Below, piece after piece: positions 61,534 to 64,000 of a stretch of 64,000 bases of DNA. Every line of letters begins with the position of its first letter. The first letter of the stretch is position 1. This DNA comes from an uncultured delta proteobacterium. GTDB lineage: Bacteria; Myxococcota_A; UBA9160; UBA4427. The notes beneath the pieces are model-generated. The model worked only from the letters and a program-made list of their open reading frames with translations. It had not been told where the DNA came from and did no database searches. Where the stretch lies: contig CAWGJT010000009.1 in NCBI GenBank assembly GCA_963822965.1, positions 32,001 through 96,000 of the forward strand, written 5' to 3'. The position numbers were made by a program, and so were the translations under genes.

Positions 61534-63758
61534 TCAGGCCAGCTCGAGATTCGCGTAGCGCACCATCACCGTCTTGATGCCGGCGCGATCGAACTTGATC
61601 TTGAGCTTCTGGGAGAGCCCCTCGCCGATCACCGCCTCGATGGTGCCGAGACCGAAGACCGAATGGCGCACGCGCATCCCCCGGCGGATCCCGTCGCCCT
61701 CGTGGTAGGTCTCCTGGCTGTACGAACGGTCGAGACGGTCGCTGCGATCCCGGCGGCGCGCCGCCGGCTCGGACTGCGGGACGACGCGAGCGCGCGCGGG
61801 CTCTGCTGGACGTCCATCAACGCCTCGGGCACCTCGCGCAGGAAGCGCGACGGCGACTGGTAGCTGTGCGGTACCGAAGCGCCGGCGCTCGCGCGCGCAG
61901 GTCATGTAGAGCTGCTCCATGGCACGGGTCATGCCGACGTAGCAGAGCCGGCGCTCCTCCTCGAGCCCCTCGCTGTCGCGCGACGACGACGCGTGCGGGA
62001 AGACGCCCTCCTCCATGCCGACGAGGAAGACCACGCGGTACTCGAGCCCCTTGGCGGAGTGCGCGGTCATCAGCGAGACGCTCTGCGCCTTCTGCTCGTA
62101 GCCGTCGAGGTCGGAGATCAGCGCCACCTGGTCGAGATAGAGCTCGAGCTCGCTCCTCTCCGCGGCGCCGTCGCTCAGGGAGTCCGCGTTCACGGCGTGG
62201 AAGTCCTCGGCGCTGGAGACGAGCTCGCGCAGATTGTCGATGCGCGCCTCGGCTTCCGGACCGTCGTCGGCGACCAGGGCCTTCATGTACCCGCTGCGCT
62301 CGAGCACCTCGGACAGGATCTCGTCCACGGGGCGGTCCGCCAAGCGCCGGAGATCGTGCAGGAGGTCCAGGAACTCGCGGATCTTGCCCGCGGTTCGCTT
62401 CGTCGCGCCTTGCTCGGCGAAGAGGCGCAGCCCCTCGCGCAGGGGAACCTCGTCCCGGGCGGCGATCTCCTCGGCCCGGTCCAGGGTCGTCTTGCCGATG
62501 CCCCGGGTCGGACGGTTGACGACGCGGCGCAGTGCCTGGGCGTCCTCCGGATTGACGAGCAGCCGCAGGTAGCAGAGGACGATCCTTGATCTCGGCCCGC
62601 TCGTAGAAGCGAACCCCGCCGACCACCGTGTAGGCCAGGTCGTACTTGAGGAGCTCCTCCTCGAAGGCCCGCGACTGGGCGTTCGTGCGATACAGGATCG
62701 CGTAGTCGCCCAGGGACCGGCCTTCGTTGCGCGTACCGTGCAGGATGTGGCCGACGACGTAGGCCGCCTCTTCGCGCTCGTCCGCCGCCTCGAAGAAGCG
62801 GATGAGCTCGCCGCCCTTCCGCTCGGTGAACATGCTCTTCTTCTTGCGGCCGCGGTTGTTCTCGACGACGGCGGTGGCCCCGGAGAGGATGGGCTGGGTC
62901 GAGCGATAGTTGCGCTCGAGCTTGATGACCTTCGCGCGCGGGTAGTCGCTGCTCGAAATCGAGGATGTTGCGGATGTCGGCGCCGCGCCACGCATAGACG
63001 GACTGGTCGGGATCGCCCACCACGCACAGGTTCTCGTGGGCGCCGGCGAGCATGCGCACCAGGTCGTACTGCACCCGGTTCGTGTCCTGGTACTCGTCCA
63101 CCAGCACGTACTGCCAGCGGCGCTGGTAGTAGCCGAGCACCTGGGGGGCGTGCCGGAAGAGCTCGACGGTCTGCAGCAGCAGGTCCCCGAAGTCGAGGGC
63201 GTTGGCGTCGAAGAGCAGCCGCTGGTAGGTCGCGTAGAGCCTTGCGGTGAGCTCGTCGTCGATGTCGCGGGCCCGGGCGGCGGCGGCGGCCGGAAGCAGC
63301 CCCTGGTTCTTCCACTCGTCGATCCGCCAGCGCAAGCGCTTGGGGTCGTACTGGCGCGGATCGAGGTCGTGCCGCTTGAGCACCTGCTTGCTCACCCCGA
63401 GGCTGTCGGCGTCGTCGTAGATGACGAAGCCCCGGGAGCGCTGGAGCGCCCCGATGTCCCGCCGCAGGATGCGCACGCACATGGAGTGGAAGGTCGAGAG
63501 CCACAGCCCGCCCGTCGACGGCCCGAGCAGCTTCTCGACCCGCTCGCGCATCTCGCCGGCGGCCTTGTTGGTGAAGGTCACCCCCAGGATCGATTCGGCG
63601 GGGATGCCGCACACGCCGATCAGGTAGGCGACCCGGCTGGTCAGCACCCGGGTCTTGCCGCTGCCGGCCCCCGCCAGCACGAGCAGCGGCCCCTCGGTGG
63701 TCTCCACGGCGGCGCGCTGCTCGGGGTTCAGGCCCTCGAGGATCGTATCGGCGAGCAA
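61534..63758 (-). CDS. pcrA: ATP-dependent DNA helicase PcrA/UvrD (frameshifted)
   Basis: LNPEQ, AGAGSGKT, TFTNKAA, VDEYQDTN, GDPDQSVYAWRGA, NYRS, YRTNAQSR, T.HSAKGLE, EERRL.YV..TRA, C-terminal Tudor-like domain. Confidence 0.93.
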
Positions 63759-63918
63759 AGGGGACTCTCTCTGGCTCCGTGCGGCCGGGACCCATCGCCC
63801 GAGCGGATCTGGATCGGAGTCGGGGCAGAGTAATCGACGCATGGCGTCGACTCAATCCCCGCGACGTGCCGCGCCGCACCCGGGGCGCCGCCGGGCGGGA
63901 CGCCGACGAGGTCGAAGC

Positions 63919-64000
63919 TCAACGGGGCCAGAGCCAGCGCGCGTCGATCCGCTGCAGCAGCCACGGCAGATCGCCGTAGAGGTAGAGCCCGGCGACGGCG
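63919..64000 (-). CDS. 3' end of an unidentified gene entering from beyond the window
   Basis: ...AVAGLYLYGDLPWLLQRIDARWLWPR* with GC3-rich codons. Confidence 0.4.
   Translation of the reverse strand, partial: AVAGLYLYGDLPWLLQRIDARWLWPR

Noticed and set aside
1..64000. tRNA, rRNA, integrase, transposase, prophage or defence genes; exosortase
   Set aside because: None recognised by eye in the window; a tRNAscan/HMM run would be needed to exclude them formally.

Overview
Very GC-rich bacterial chromosome segment. Gene content (REC-DUF4388-like-J-domain-TPR fusion, PEP-CTERM protein, PrsT-like TPR lipoproteins) suggests Myxococcota or a related deltaproteobacterial lineage, which is an inference. 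Both ends carry housekeeping genes: mtnA, gatCAB, a DEAD-box helicase, larE and ddl on the left, and nhaA and pcrA/uvrD on the right. The ~48 kb between them (about 8.5-56.5 kb, interrupted by larE/ddl) is a dense cell-surface glycosylation region. It holds one Ser/Thr/Asn-rich PEP-CTERM protein, two tandem TPR lipoproteins, about ten polytopic GT-C-type glycosyltransferase candidates, five GT2 enzymes, a flippase-like protein, an AlgI/AlgJ O-acylation pair and two Thr-nucleophile 'sulfatases'. The best candidate for an undescribed system is a minus-strand operon (sulfatase-like, GT2, Gfo/Idh/MocA dehydrogenase, DegT aminotransferase, STT3/AglB-like transferase). Its STT3 keeps the catalytic motifs but has the sequon-reading WWDYG motif replaced by HPNLG. 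Non-coding features are an exact-period 67-bp tandem array behind the PEP-CTERM terminator, a 159-bp MITE with 20-bp TIRs and a TCA target duplication, and recurrent leaderless-type promoters. Many genes, including essential ones, are broken by single-base indels that look like sequencing or consensus errors, so their coordinates are approximate. All family assignments come from motif recognition by eye; no database search was run.
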